A DNA stretch of 61,860 nucleotides, taken from NCBI GenBank assembly GCA_902491835.1, contig CABUJP010000001.1, positions 1-61,860 on the forward strand, in the 5' to 3' direction. Below, piece after piece: positions 41,444 to 51,319 of the stretch; the first letter of the stretch is position 1, and the number at the start of each line of letters is the position of its first letter. The notes below the pieces were generated by a model. That model saw only the letters and a program-made list of their open reading frames with translations, made no database searches and was not told the DNA's origin. This stretch comes from an uncultured Alistipes sp. Lineage in GTDB: Bacteria; Bacteroidota; Bacteroidia; Bacteroidales; Rikenellaceae. The position numbers and the translations under genes were made by a program.

Positions 41444-41902
41444 ATGGACAATAAGAAAATCGGTATCGCCAGCGACCACGCCGGCTACCAGCTCAAGGAA
41501 TTCATCATCGGCTACCTCGACTCGAAAGGCTACGACGTGCACGATTTCGGCTGCCACAGCGAGGAAAGCTGTGACTACCCCGACTACGCGCACCCGCTGG
41601 CCGAGGCGATCGAAAAGGGAGAGCTTCTACGCGGCATCGCAATGTGCGGCAGCGCCAACGGTATCACGATCACGCTGAACAAGCATCAGGGTATCCGCGC
41701 GGCGATCTGCTGGGAGCCCGAAATCGCGTCGCTCGCACGCAAGCACAACGACGCGAACGTATGCTCCATGCCCGCCCGCTTCATCGACCGCGACACGGCG
41801 ATCAAGATCGTCGACACATTCCTCTCGACCGAGTTCGAGGGCGGCCGGCACCAGCGCCGGATCGACAAGATCCCGGTTTCGGGATGCGGATGCAGGAAGT
41901 AG
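41444..41902 (+). CDS. rpiB: Ribose-5-phosphate isomerase B
   Basis: IASDHAG, DYPDYA, CGSANG, ARKHNDANV, FEGGRHQRRIDKI. Confidence 0.95.
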   Translation: MDNKKIGIASDHAGYQLKEFIIGYLDSKGYDVHDFGCHSEESCDYPDYAHPLAEAIEKGELLRGIAMCGSANGITITLNKHQGIRAAICWEPEIASLARKHNDANVCSMPARFIDRDTAIKIVDTFLSTEFEGGRHQRRIDKIPVSGCGCRK

Positions 41903-41927
41903 CCGATCCGACCCCAAACGCATGTCC

Positions 41928-41956
41928 AAAGCGCCCGCTCCGGCGGGCGCTTTTTT
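41928..41956 (+). terminator. Intrinsic terminator after rpiB
   Basis: aaagcgcccgc-tccg-gcgggcgc followed by T6. Confidence 0.85.
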
Positions 41957-42011
41957 CGTCGCGCACCGTTGCGAAATTATCGCTACATTTGTCCCAAAAT
42001 TCGGACAGATT

Positions 42012-42980
42012 ATGAAATATCTCTTTCCGCTGCTGATTTTTCTCGCCGCCGCGACTTCCGGCAGGCTGCACGCCCAGATCAAGAAAAAAACGCCCAACGG
42101 ATACCCGACGCTATACGACTACCGCACGAACAATCCCGACGGAAGCCGCATCTACTACGCCGACAAGCGGTCGGCCGCCCTGATGAAAGTGAGCCCGGGC
42201 AACGACTACAAGATCGAATGCAGCGAGGCTTTGGAAAAGGACTACCTGACCGACAGCCTGTGGGGTATCGTCTACAAAGACACGGTCTATCTGAACTGCA
42301 AGCCGTTCTCGGGACTCGACTGGTACGCCAAGGCCGAGTACGGAACCGGTAGGCGCTATCTGTACCTGAACATCGCCATCCCGCTGAACCCGAAGTACAA
42401 GAGCATTCTGGGCGACTACTCGCAGGCCCCGGCCGTCAAAACCGGAGGCTCGATCCCGAAGATCGGCGGCCTGATCGGCGGAGCGGTCAAAGGTGCCGTC
42501 GACAGGCTTTCGACGCGCATTCCCGTGATCTACGACACCGAAACCGGGCAGTGCCGATGCCTCACCACCGAACTGCTGTACAGCTTCTCGCAGAAATATC
42601 CCGAACTGAAAAGCCAGTTCGGACTGGTCAAGATCGAAATGCTGTCGGTCTACGCGTTCCGCGATTTCGCCGAAGCGCTCAACACCGCCGACGAGCAGGA
42701 AAAACTGAAAGCCAAGCAGGCCGAGCAGCAGGCGGCCGAAGCCGAGGCGAAAGCCCGCGCCGAGGCCGAACGCGCCGCAGCCGATTCGGCCGCGCATGCG
42801 ATGGCTACTGTTTCGGCCGTCGATTCGACGAGCCGTTCCGGCGAAGGCGAATCGGTTTCTCCGACCGAAACGGCGGGCTCTGGGGAGGCCAGCCAGCCGG
42901 TCCCGGCGCAGGCTCCGGCTGCGACGGACGACCCGAACAAGGTGCAGGTCAAGATTCCGGTACAAGTTCCGGCTCAGTAA
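42012..42980 (+). CDS. Hypothetical secreted protein with Ala/Glu-rich low-complexity C-terminus
   Basis: Signal peptide MKYLFPLLIFLAAA; host-like codon usage; TACATTTG box at 41984-41991. Confidence 0.75.
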   Translation: MKYLFPLLIFLAAATSGRLHAQIKKKTPNGYPTLYDYRTNNPDGSRIYYADKRSAALMKVSPGNDYKIECSEALEKDYLTDSLWGIVYKDTVYLNCKPFSGLDWYAKAEYGTGRRYLYLNIAIPLNPKYKSILGDYSQAPAVKTGGSIPKIGGLIGGAVKGAVDRLSTRIPVIYDTETGQCRCLTTELLYSFSQKYPELKSQFGLVKIEMLSVYAFRDFAEALNTADEQEKLKAKQAEQQAAEAEAKARAEAERAAADSAAHAMATVSAVDSTSRSGEGESVSPTETAGSGEASQPVPAQAPAATDDPNKVQVKIPVQVPAQ

Positions 42981-43286
42981 TCCGTGAAAGTCCATTTCAT
43001 TTGAAACGAGCCGGGCAACGGACCGCTCCGGACCGGATGCAGGTCCGACGGGTCCGTCCGGGAAACGACAAAGGATTCTTTCCGAAACGCTTTCCGCAAT
43101 CTCCCTTCGCGGCACCCGGCAGAGAATCGGCTCGCAACCGACAGGGACGGAATCCCTGCCCGGAGAGACACACGCCTCGTTTTTCGCCCCAGACCGGCCG
43201 GGGCGGCCGCACGGACCGCTCCGGCAACCGATACCGCGACGGCCACGCGGAACCGAACCGGAATTGGGACCGAGGGAGAAAACCCG

Positions 43287-44576
43287 TCACACGATCCGCA
43301 GCCGATTCGTCATAAAATACTGAAACACGCCGCGAAGTACCAGAAACAGCAGGAAAGCGAACCACAGCGCATCGTTTCCGGCCACGCTCCTCAGTCCGTA
43401 GTAAGCGGTGAAAAAACCGACGGTCGACAGAAAGACCGAATTGCGCATCACGGCCGTGCGCGTGGCACCGATCAACACACCGTCGATCAAAAAAGGCGCA
43501 AAAGCCACCAAAGGAATCACGATCAGCCAGGCCACGTAATCGCCGGCTCCGACCAGAATCTCCCGACTGTCGGTAAAGAGCGAGAGCACGCTCCGCCATC
43601 CCGCCGCATACAGGCCGACATAAAGCGCGGCAACCGCCGCCCCCCACACGAGCAAAGCCCGGATGCACCGGCGCAGCATCGGCGCGTTGCGCGCTCCGAC
43701 GTACCGTCCCGCCAGCGCCTCGCCGGCATAGGCGAATCCGTCCATCAGGTAGGAGAACAGCGTGAAAAGCTGCATCAGCAGCATGTTGACGGCCAGCAGC
43801 GTATCGCCCATGCCTGACGAGGCGGCCGTGAAGAACGTGTAGACGATCACGATGCAGGCCGTTCGCAGGAAAATATCGCCGTTGATCCGGAAGAAAGCCG
43901 TCATCGGCCGGAGCCTCAGGCTGTCGCGCAGATCGACGTAGCGCCCGAAACGGCGGTAGTAGCACAGCCAGAGCGCTACCGACAGCAGCAGCCCGGTATA
44001 CTGCGCGACGACGGTCCCCCATGCGACGCCCGCGATACCCCACCCCAGCCCGAGCGCGAACCACAGACAGCAGAGTATATTGACCAGATTGATCGCGATC
44101 GAGACATACATCGGGAAGCGCGAGTTCTGCATGCCGATGAACCACCCCTGAAACGCGAACAGCGAAACGGTCGCCGGAGCGGCCCATATCCGCGCATGAA
44201 AATACTCGGCCGCATAGCCCATCGTATGCGGCGTGCCGTCCATCATCCGAAAGGCCAGTCGTCCGACAGGCTCCCGAAAGAGGATCAGCAGCACGGCCGC
44301 CAGCAGAGAGACGCTCAGCGCGCGGACCAGCACAGCCGTAATCTCCGGGAAATTCCGAGCCCCGTACGACTGCGCGGTCAAACCGCTCGTCCCCATGCGC
44401 AGGAACGCGAAGTTCCAGTAGATGAAGTTGAAGACCGACGTACCGATGCCGATCCCTCCGATCAGTGCGTCGTCGCCCAGATGCCCGACGATGGCCATAT
44501 CGACCATGCCCAGCAGCGGGATCGTGATGTTCGACACGATATTCGGAACGGCCAGAGAGAGTATCTTGCGGTTCAT
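43287..44576 (-). CDS. MATE family efflux transporter (DinF-like)
   Basis: ILSLAVPNIVSNITIPLLGMVDMAIVGH, FLRMGTSGLTAQ, GWFIGMQN, SYLMDGFAYAGEAL. Confidence 0.93.
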   Translation of the reverse strand: MNRKILSLAVPNIVSNITIPLLGMVDMAIVGHLGDDALIGGIGIGTSVFNFIYWNFAFLRMGTSGLTAQSYGARNFPEITAVLVRALSVSLLAAVLLILFREPVGRLAFRMMDGTPHTMGYAAEYFHARIWAAPATVSLFAFQGWFIGMQNSRFPMYVSIAINLVNILCCLWFALGLGWGIAGVAWGTVVAQYTGLLLSVALWLCYYRRFGRYVDLRDSLRLRPMTAFFRINGDIFLRTACIVIVYTFFTAASSGMGDTLLAVNMLLMQLFTLFSYLMDGFAYAGEALAGRYVGARNAPMLRRCIRALLVWGAAVAALYVGLYAAGWRSVLSLFTDSREILVGAGDYVAWLIVIPLVAFAPFLIDGVLIGATRTAVMRNSVFLSTVGFFTAYYGLRSVAGNDALWFAFLLFLVLRGVFQYFMTNRLRIV

Positions 44577-44827
44577 GGAGGCAAAGGTATCACATTTTCA
44601 CCATTCGTCCACCGGAGCGCAACGCCCGATCGAAAAGCACGCCTTCGGCTGCCGCGCCCCGGTACGGAACGGGCAGCCGACCCGAAAGCGAGCGATCCCG
44701 ATCGGGCTCCGCCACGAGGCTCGCTGGATTCGGGCTGCGGAGACCTGTCCGAATCACGCCGGGACCGACCGATCCACTCGGGCATCCCTTGTAAGAATAC
44801 ATGGCGGAAACGAACGATACAACGAAG

Positions 44828-45008
44828 CCCGATCATATATTTTATGTAGCGGTTTTCGAGTTTCCGGTTTCTCCGCATGAAATCGCTTGACGAAGAGGAC
44901 TTCATGGCAGGGACCTGTCGGATACGCAATACGAGACCGCAAGCCACGACTGACGGATATGGAAACTCCGGATGCGAGAACTATGGTACATGGAAGCATA
45001 TAATCGCC
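44828..45008 (+). repeat. Dispersed ~181-bp intergenic element, copy A
   Basis: Reverse-complement homologue of 49173-49353; includes an identical 24-bp core cggttttcgagtttccggtttctc. Confidence 0.85.
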
Positions 45009-45220
45009 CGACGAAGATACCGTAATCGGCGAACGACGGCCGGACACGCGGCGCCCGGACTCGACCGGTCCGGAACACGCGCCGCACACCGAAAAGACAT
45101 GCGCTCGGGACCGCCGGACGGACGCCTCCGTTCCGCAAGCCGGCGGACGAATTAATCGGAAGCCGCGCACCGAATTCCGGGAAAAAGCGGTATCTTCGTA
45201 ACGACAAGCGCAACACTTCC

Positions 45221-46321
45221 ATGGAACACTACGAAGAAATACACGGCCGCGAGCACGACAGCGCGCTGGCGGTCAACAAGGGAATCGAACAACCGCCGAT
45301 CGTCAATCCCCATTTCCGCAAAGTAAGGCGGCAGCGGATGACGACCGACCAGTACATGGAAGGCATCCGCTCGGGCAATATCACGGTCCTGTCCCAAGCG
45401 ATCACGCTGGTCGAAAGCCTGTTGCCGGAACACTACGCTCAGGCTCAGGAGATCATCGAGCGCTGCCTGCCCTATTCGGGCGGCTCGGTGCGCATCGGCA
45501 TCACCGGCGTGCCGGGCGCGGGCAAATCGACGTTCATTGAGGCGATCGGCGACATGGTCACCGGTCTCGGGCACAAGCTGTCGGTGCTGGCGATCGACCC
45601 GAGCTCGGAACGCAGCAAGGGCTCGATCCTCGGCGACAAGACCCGCATGGAAACGCTCGTGCACAACCCGAAAGTATTCATCCGGCCCTCGCCCTCGGCC
45701 GGATCGCTCGGCGGCGTGGCGCGCAAGACGCGCGAGAGCGTCATCCTGTGCGAAGCGGCCGGATTCGACGTGATCTTCATCGAAACGGTCGGCGTGGGCC
45801 AGTCCGAGACGGCTGTCCATTCGATGGTCGACCTGTTTCTGCTGTTGCAGATCGCCGGAGCCGGCGACGAGCTGCAGGGCATCAAGCGCGGCATCATGGA
45901 GATGGCCGATATGATCGCGATCAACAAGGCCGACGGCAACAACGTGCAGCGGGCCGAAGTGGCCAAAAGCCATTTTGCGAACGCGCTGCACCTGTTCCCG
46001 ATGCCCGACTCGGGTTGGCGTCCGAAAGTATACACTTGCTCCGCCGTCGAGAAAACGGGACTGAGGGAAATCTGGAGCGGCATCGAGGACTTCCTGAAAT
46101 TCACGCGCGGCAACGGCTACTACCAGCGCAACCGCCATCGGCAAGCCAAATACTGGATGTACGAGACGATCCACGAGGCGCTGCGCGAGAGCTTCTATCG
46201 CAACGAGGCCGTCGAATCGCGGATCGCCCGGTACGAGGAACTGGTGCTGTCGGACAAAAAGAGCTCATTCGTAGCGGCCCGCGAGCTGCTCAACAGCTAT
46301 TTCGAGGACATCCGGAAATAA
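45221..46321 (+). CDS. meaB: Methylmalonyl-CoA mutase-associated GTPase MeaB
   Basis: IGITGVPGAGKST, AIDPSS..GSILGDKTRM, FIRPSPS, ETVGVGQSE, GDELQGIKRG, INKADG. Confidence 0.93.
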   Translation: MEHYEEIHGREHDSALAVNKGIEQPPIVNPHFRKVRRQRMTTDQYMEGIRSGNITVLSQAITLVESLLPEHYAQAQEIIERCLPYSGGSVRIGITGVPGAGKSTFIEAIGDMVTGLGHKLSVLAIDPSSERSKGSILGDKTRMETLVHNPKVFIRPSPSAGSLGGVARKTRESVILCEAAGFDVIFIETVGVGQSETAVHSMVDLFLLLQIAGAGDELQGIKRGIMEMADMIAINKADGNNVQRAEVAKSHFANALHLFPMPDSGWRPKVYTCSAVEKTGLREIWSGIEDFLKFTRGNGYYQRNRHRQAKYWMYETIHEALRESFYRNEAVESRIARYEELVLSDKKSSFVAARELLNSYFEDIRK

Positions 46322-46522
46322 GGAAGCGAAGCCGCCCCGACGCTTACTCCGCGACCGCATACGCCGGCTTCGTTCCATACATCCATAACCACTCTTTGCA
46401 AAACCGTCACCCGAGCGAGAGGAGAGGTCCGGCCCGCCCGGTTTCAACTTCCTGTAAATCGGGACCGGCGAAACATGCCGCTGCCCGAAACAACAGGAAA
46501 CGGCCCAATCCCTGCCATCCCG

Positions 46523-48472
46523 TTATCGGGCATAACGGATCGCCGCCTCGATATTGATGCCGCTCTCCCACGGGCGGCAGCCGCAACCGCTCGGCCGGCC
46601 GTCGACATAATACTCGACCCAGGCTCCGGCGCCGTCGCGCAGGCTCATCATCCGGTCGTACACCTCGTCCCGCAGCGGATGCCCCGTCTCGCACAACGCG
46701 TAGAGGAACATGCCGAAATCGTAGCCCAGTATGCGGTCCTGCCCCGAAACTCTCCCGGTCCGCTCGTAGAGTGCCACCACGTCGTTCAGGAACGCCCGCT
46801 TCTCGCTCTCCGAGAAAAGTTCCGAGCCGATATAAATGGGAAACAGATTGGCCGACGGAATACTGAAAAGTTTCGGTTCGGGAAGCTCGACGGCCACATG
46901 GTCCTTGGTCATGCAATCTTTGCAAAAATAGAGGCATCCCTTGAAATGGTACGTCTCGGGAAAATAGTCGAAATGCCCGGGATACAGGCAGACGCCGGGC
47001 CGGGTCGGCGGATAAGCGACTTTCCGTTCCCGCCGGGGATTGTTGACGTACAGATGCCCGTCGCGGCAGAAATTATCGCGGAACCGCTCGCTGCACTCGT
47101 CCGCGTCGCGCTCCAAGGCTCCGATCCGTGCAGCGCTCCACAGCCCCTGCTCGCGGACGAAGCGGATCAGCCGGCGGCTTCCCTCGACGAACAGCAGCGT
47201 CGCCTCGGCCGAGCCGTGATACATCACCTGGCGGGGAACCACGCCCCCGGCGATATAGGTCTCGTCGCCGTTGAACGGCAGCATGCCGTCGATCAGGTTC
47301 CGCTGCTGGGCCTCGGTCGCCCACTCGAGCATCGGCATGATCTCGCGCAGGAAAGCCGTATCGCGCGTCTTGCGGTAGTAGTCGAACGCCTGCACGACCA
47401 GATAGCCCGTAATCTCCGTCTCGTCATTCTCGTGCCGGTGGAAAATGCCGGGGTAGCCGATCGCCTGAGCGTTATGGATCAGGCCGCTGCGCTGCCACAC
47501 CCGCCAGTAGAAGTCGAGTATCATCCGCGCGCGCTCCCACTCGCCCAACGCGAGCAGCGCCCGCGAAACGCCGTACTGGTCGCGGACGTAGCCCATATGA
47601 TAGACGATGCCGGCCAGTACGGAGCCTTCGGACGACTGCTGGCTGCGGATCAGCGCGGCCGCGTCATCGACGGCCTGCAGGAACTCGCGCCGCCGCTCGC
47701 CCGACAGGGCCGACGCCGTGACATTCGGCCGGCTCACGGACCGGGATGCCGTCCGCAACAAGGCGGACCCGGAGACGGAGGCGATCCGGGCCGTCTCCCG
47801 GTCGAGCTCTTCCCGGGAGCGGGCGGCGATCACATACAGCGCGCCCTCGCCCGGCGAGGCGGTCAGCGTCAGCTCGCGTCCGTTCCCCCCGGACCGCTCC
47901 AGACGGACCGCTCCGGTCGTCACGAGGCGGTAGCAATAGCCCGAAGGACTTCGGTACGTACTGTAGAACGGAACGCCGGCCTTCAGATCGACGCGGAAGA
48001 CGCTCCGCACGTCGGCCCATGAGACGGGAAGTCCGTCCTCCGCGCAGCTCAGGCTCTCCTCGAAAGGACGGTAGCGTTCCTCCAGCTCGACCCCGAGCCG
48101 GTAGCGGACCGGCCGCTTCTGCCGGAAAAGTCGCACGAAGACCGGACTGCTGTCCGCGACGAAATCGGTATGCTGGCCCGCGACCCCGTGACCGTCCCGA
48201 AGCCGGTGATTCCATACGGAAGTGCCGGCCTCGCGCTCCGAGGCTACCTGCAACCCGTCGCACAGGCTCAGCGTAAGCAGGGAGGGAGAAGAATAGGGCG
48301 GTCCGAAAATTTGCAGGATGTCGGCGCCGCGACCGTAAACGCACAGTTCGCCGTTGCCGATCGCATGAATGCCCGGAACGTCCGCATTGCCGGAAGCGTC
48401 GCCGGAGGCTGCCGCAGCCGCCTGTCCCAGCAGAAGCAGGCAGACCGGCAGCAGATGTCGGAAAAGTTTCAT
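46523..48472 (-). CDS. Hypothetical secreted protein, probable (alpha/alpha)6 six-hairpin glycosidase-like
   Basis: Signal peptide; beta-rich N-terminal half; helical C-terminal half with YVRDQYG..ALL, YYRKTRDTAFLREIMPML and PWESG motifs. Confidence 0.6.
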   Translation of the reverse strand: MKLFRHLLPVCLLLLGQAAAAASGDASGNADVPGIHAIGNGELCVYGRGADILQIFGPPYSSPSLLTLSLCDGLQVASEREAGTSVWNHRLRDGHGVAGQHTDFVADSSPVFVRLFRQKRPVRYRLGVELEERYRPFEESLSCAEDGLPVSWADVRSVFRVDLKAGVPFYSTYRSPSGYCYRLVTTGAVRLERSGGNGRELTLTASPGEGALYVIAARSREELDRETARIASVSGSALLRTASRSVSRPNVTASALSGERRREFLQAVDDAAALIRSQQSSEGSVLAGIVYHMGYVRDQYGVSRALLALGEWERARMILDFYWRVWQRSGLIHNAQAIGYPGIFHRHENDETEITGYLVVQAFDYYRKTRDTAFLREIMPMLEWATEAQQRNLIDGMLPFNGDETYIAGGVVPRQVMYHGSAEATLLFVEGSRRLIRFVREQGLWSAARIGALERDADECSERFRDNFCRDGHLYVNNPRRERKVAYPPTRPGVCLYPGHFDYFPETYHFKGCLYFCKDCMTKDHVAVELPEPKLFSIPSANLFPIYIGSELFSESEKRAFLNDVVALYERTGRVSGQDRILGYDFGMFLYALCETGHPLRDEVYDRMMSLRDGAGAWVEYYVDGRPSGCGCRPWESGINIEAAIRYAR

Positions 48473-48629
48473 CGTATCGAAATTTAGGTCAGCAGTAAGA
48501 ACAATTGTCCTTCAGGCGAATATACGAAAAAACGGGCAAAAAGGGAAAACCGCCGCAAGGATTCGCATCCGGAATCGCAACGTTCCCCGAGAGCCAAATA
48601 CAAGGCAACCGTCTAAACGGGTACGGAGA

Positions 48630-48740
48630 GAAAGGTCCGGAAAGGTGGGTCCGGAGAAAAAAGTCCGGACGGAAAGGACCGGACGGATGAGTCCGGACGG
48701 AAAGGACCGGACGGATGAGTCCGGACGGAAAAGTCCGGCG
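48630..48740. repeat. Tandem repeat, 28-bp unit made of two related 14-mers
   Basis: gtccggacggaaaggaccggacggatga occurs exactly at 48663 and 48691, partially at 48719, with degenerate copies on each side. Confidence 0.9.
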
Positions 48741-49172
48741 GGAAGTACCCGGCCGGCCGATGGCCTGACATCCTTCCTCCCGAACTCTATCGCACGGACA
48801 GGAAGCGCCGCAACGACATGCGATCCGGATGCGAAGCGACAGACGTCCCGCTCCGAAAGAGCGACCCGAGTCCGGTCGTGCTTCCATACGGCCGCCTCTT
48901 CGGACACGCCTGCACGGACAATCCCGCACGGACCATACGGACCGCTCTTCCGGCCGTTCCCGGAGCCGTCCGATCGCTCTGCCTCAGAGCCGCGCCGTTC
49001 TCATACGAGATATAGCCATTCCTCACCAGCGCTCGCGCCCGGAATTTACCTTCGATCCTGCGGCCCGCGGCCACAAGACCGCGCATTCGATACCGCGTCA
49101 TCTTTCCGGCGGAAAGAACTTCGCGCCATGAGGTCGAAAATGCTAAAATTCGACGGCCGGCACAGGAAAGCT

Positions 49173-49353
49173 GGCGATTATCTACTTCAATGTACCAAGG
49201 CTCGCGCCCCGGAGTTTCCATATCCGCAAGCCGCGGCTTGCGGTCATAGGCTGCGTACCCTTGGGTTTCTACCATGAAATTCCCCCGTCGAAAGCGATTT
49301 CATGCCGAGAAACCGGAAACTCGAAAACCGGCACGATAAAACATACGATCGGG
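49173..49353 (-). repeat. Dispersed ~181-bp intergenic element, copy B (inverted relative to copy A)
   Basis: Reverse complement aligns with 44828-45008; contains a perfect 20-bp palindrome ccgcaagccgcggcttgcgg (49224-49243). Confidence 0.85.
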
Positions 49354-49405
49354 GCAAAATACATGAATCGGAAGTGCCTCCGACGACACGCCTCCCCGGC
49401 GGCTC

Positions 49406-50731
49406 TTACCGCCTCTCGATCTGCTCGACGCGGCGCCCCGCCTCCCGCGCCAGCGCGGCCGTATCGGTCCCGACCAGCTCTCCGCACTCGACCAGAATCC
49501 TCCCGTCGACGAGTACGGTATCGACATCGGTCGATTTGGCATTGTACACCAGACCGGCTATCGGATCATTGCCCGGCGCCCAGTGCGGACCGCCCATGTC
49601 GACCAGAATCAGGTCGGCCCGGGCTCCCGGCGCGATGACGCCCAGGTCGCCCTCCATACCGATCGCGCGCGCTCCGCCGACGGTCGCCATACGCAGCGTC
49701 TCGTATGCCGGCAACACGCTCGCATCGCCGGTAGCGACTTTCTGCAACAGCGAGGCCGTGCGCATCTCGTCCCACATATCCAGGTCGTTGTTCGAGCAGG
49801 GGCCGTCGGTTCCGATGCCGACCGTCAGGCCGCGCCCGATCATCCGCGCGACCGGAGCGATCCCGCTGGCAAGCTTCATGTTGCTCTGCGGATTATATGC
49901 GACCGACACTCCGTAGCGAAGCAGGATGTCCATATCCTCCTCGGTCAGGTGCACGCAGTGCACGGCCAGCGTCGGATAATCGAAAACACCCAGGTCACGC
50001 AGATACTCGGCCGGGGTCTTGTCGTAGCGCTGCCGGATCGTTTCGGTCTCGGACCGCGTCTCGCTCAGATGAACATGAATGCCTAAGCCGTATTTTTCAC
50101 ATAAGGACAAAGCCTTGCGAACGGATTCCGGCGAGCACGTATAGGGAGCATGCGGCGCGACGCGCACGCCGATGCGATTCCCGTCCGCTCCGGCATAGCG
50201 TTCGGCCAAACGGACGGTCTCCCGCTCGAACGCCTCGTAGTTCGTATCGATAAAGGCCGGGCACACGACAGCCCGCATGCCGCTCTCGAGCACGGCCTCG
50301 GCCACGCGGTCGGCATGCCAGTACATATCGACGAAAGTCGTCGTCCCGCCCAACAGCATCTCGGCGATCCCGAGGCGGGCTCCCAGGTAGACGTCGTCGC
50401 CCGTCAGCTTCGCCTCGAACGGCCAGACCCTGTCGGCGAGCCACTCCATCAGCGGCAGATCGTCGGCATAGTTCCGCATCAGCGACATCGCCACATGGTT
50501 GTGCAAATTGATCAGGCCCGGCATCAGCAACTTCCCTCCGGCGTCGATCACGCGCCGCGAGCGGTTCTCCGACTCCGTTCCCCGATCATCGGACCCGTTG
50601 TCCGGAGTCGCCGGAAGAACCGACGATATGCGGCCTCCGGAAATGGCGACCGATCCCCTGAAAAATTTCCGGGGATCGTTTGCCGAAGCCGTCATAGGCA
50701 GAATCAACGCATTTCTTATCAGTATGTCCAT
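49406..50731 (-). CDS. Amidohydrolase, MTA/SAH deaminase (MtaD)-like
   Basis: PGLINLHNH, GGTTTFVDMY, APHAPYTCS, HVHLSET, VHCVH, NPQSNMKLASG, GTDGPCSNNDLDM. Confidence 0.88.
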   Translation of the reverse strand: MDILIRNALILPMTASANDPRKFFRGSVAISGGRISSVLPATPDNGSDDRGTESENRSRRVIDAGGKLLMPGLINLHNHVAMSLMRNYADDLPLMEWLADRVWPFEAKLTGDDVYLGARLGIAEMLLGGTTTFVDMYWHADRVAEAVLESGMRAVVCPAFIDTNYEAFERETVRLAERYAGADGNRIGVRVAPHAPYTCSPESVRKALSLCEKYGLGIHVHLSETRSETETIRQRYDKTPAEYLRDLGVFDYPTLAVHCVHLTEEDMDILLRYGVSVAYNPQSNMKLASGIAPVARMIGRGLTVGIGTDGPCSNNDLDMWDEMRTASLLQKVATGDASVLPAYETLRMATVGGARAIGMEGDLGVIAPGARADLILVDMGGPHWAPGNDPIAGLVYNAKSTDVDTVLVDGRILVECGELVGTDTAALAREAGRRVEQIERR

Positions 50732-50810
50732 ACTCTTTCCCGTTAAGACAGCGGCCCTTCCTTCGGATGAGGCAAGAGACTGTCATACGCAGAGCAAAAC
50801 CCGCTCCGCT

Positions 50811-51188
50811 CTACTTCGCCTCGACCGAGCCCTTCACCGTCAAGATGTGCATCTTCTCCGGCGTATTGGCATATATCTTCAAGGCTCTCAGGTAGTCGCC
50901 CGATTGCTGCCCGCGCGGATTGAACGTAACGGTCAGCACGGCCGTGTCGCCGGGCATGACGGGCCTCTTGGAGAATTTCGCCTGCACGCATTCGCAAGAC
51001 TTGGCCACTTTCAACACGACCAACGGCTCGTCGCCCGCATTGACGAAAGCGACCGACTCTGCGACCGGCGCGCCTTTCGGATCGGCCGGTCCCAAATCGA
51101 CCGATTTTTTCAAAAACTTCAGGGACGGCTGTCCGCCGAGCGTTCCGGCAGCGAGCGCGAGCGAAATAAGAAGCAGAAAACGTCTCAT
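50811..51188 (-). CDS. DUF1573 domain protein (Ig-like, secreted)
   Basis: Signal peptide; FVNAGDEPLVV..SCEC..PVMPGDTAVL..LTVKGSV. Confidence 0.85.
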   Translation of the reverse strand: MRRFLLLISLALAAGTLGGQPSLKFLKKSVDLGPADPKGAPVAESVAFVNAGDEPLVVLKVAKSCECVQAKFSKRPVMPGDTAVLTVTFNPRGQQSGDYLRALKIYANTPEKMHILTVKGSVEAK

Positions 51189-51319
51189 AGGATTGGTATC
51201 GAAAATTCGGCGAACGAACCGACAGACGATAGAACCGGACGTTCCCCCCCCTGCCGCTCTCCGGGCGGATTCCGCAAAAACGGTCCCTCCGCAATCGGGG
51301 CCCTTACGCCGGCAAGGAT

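Noticed and set aside
48663..48731. Possible mini-CRISPR or iteron array
   Set aside because: Units are contiguous with no spacers, and no rep or cas gene is nearby.
44828..49353. Composite transposon or IS
   Set aside because: No transposase or recombinase ORF; the flanking copies are short and diverged and no target-site duplication was identified.
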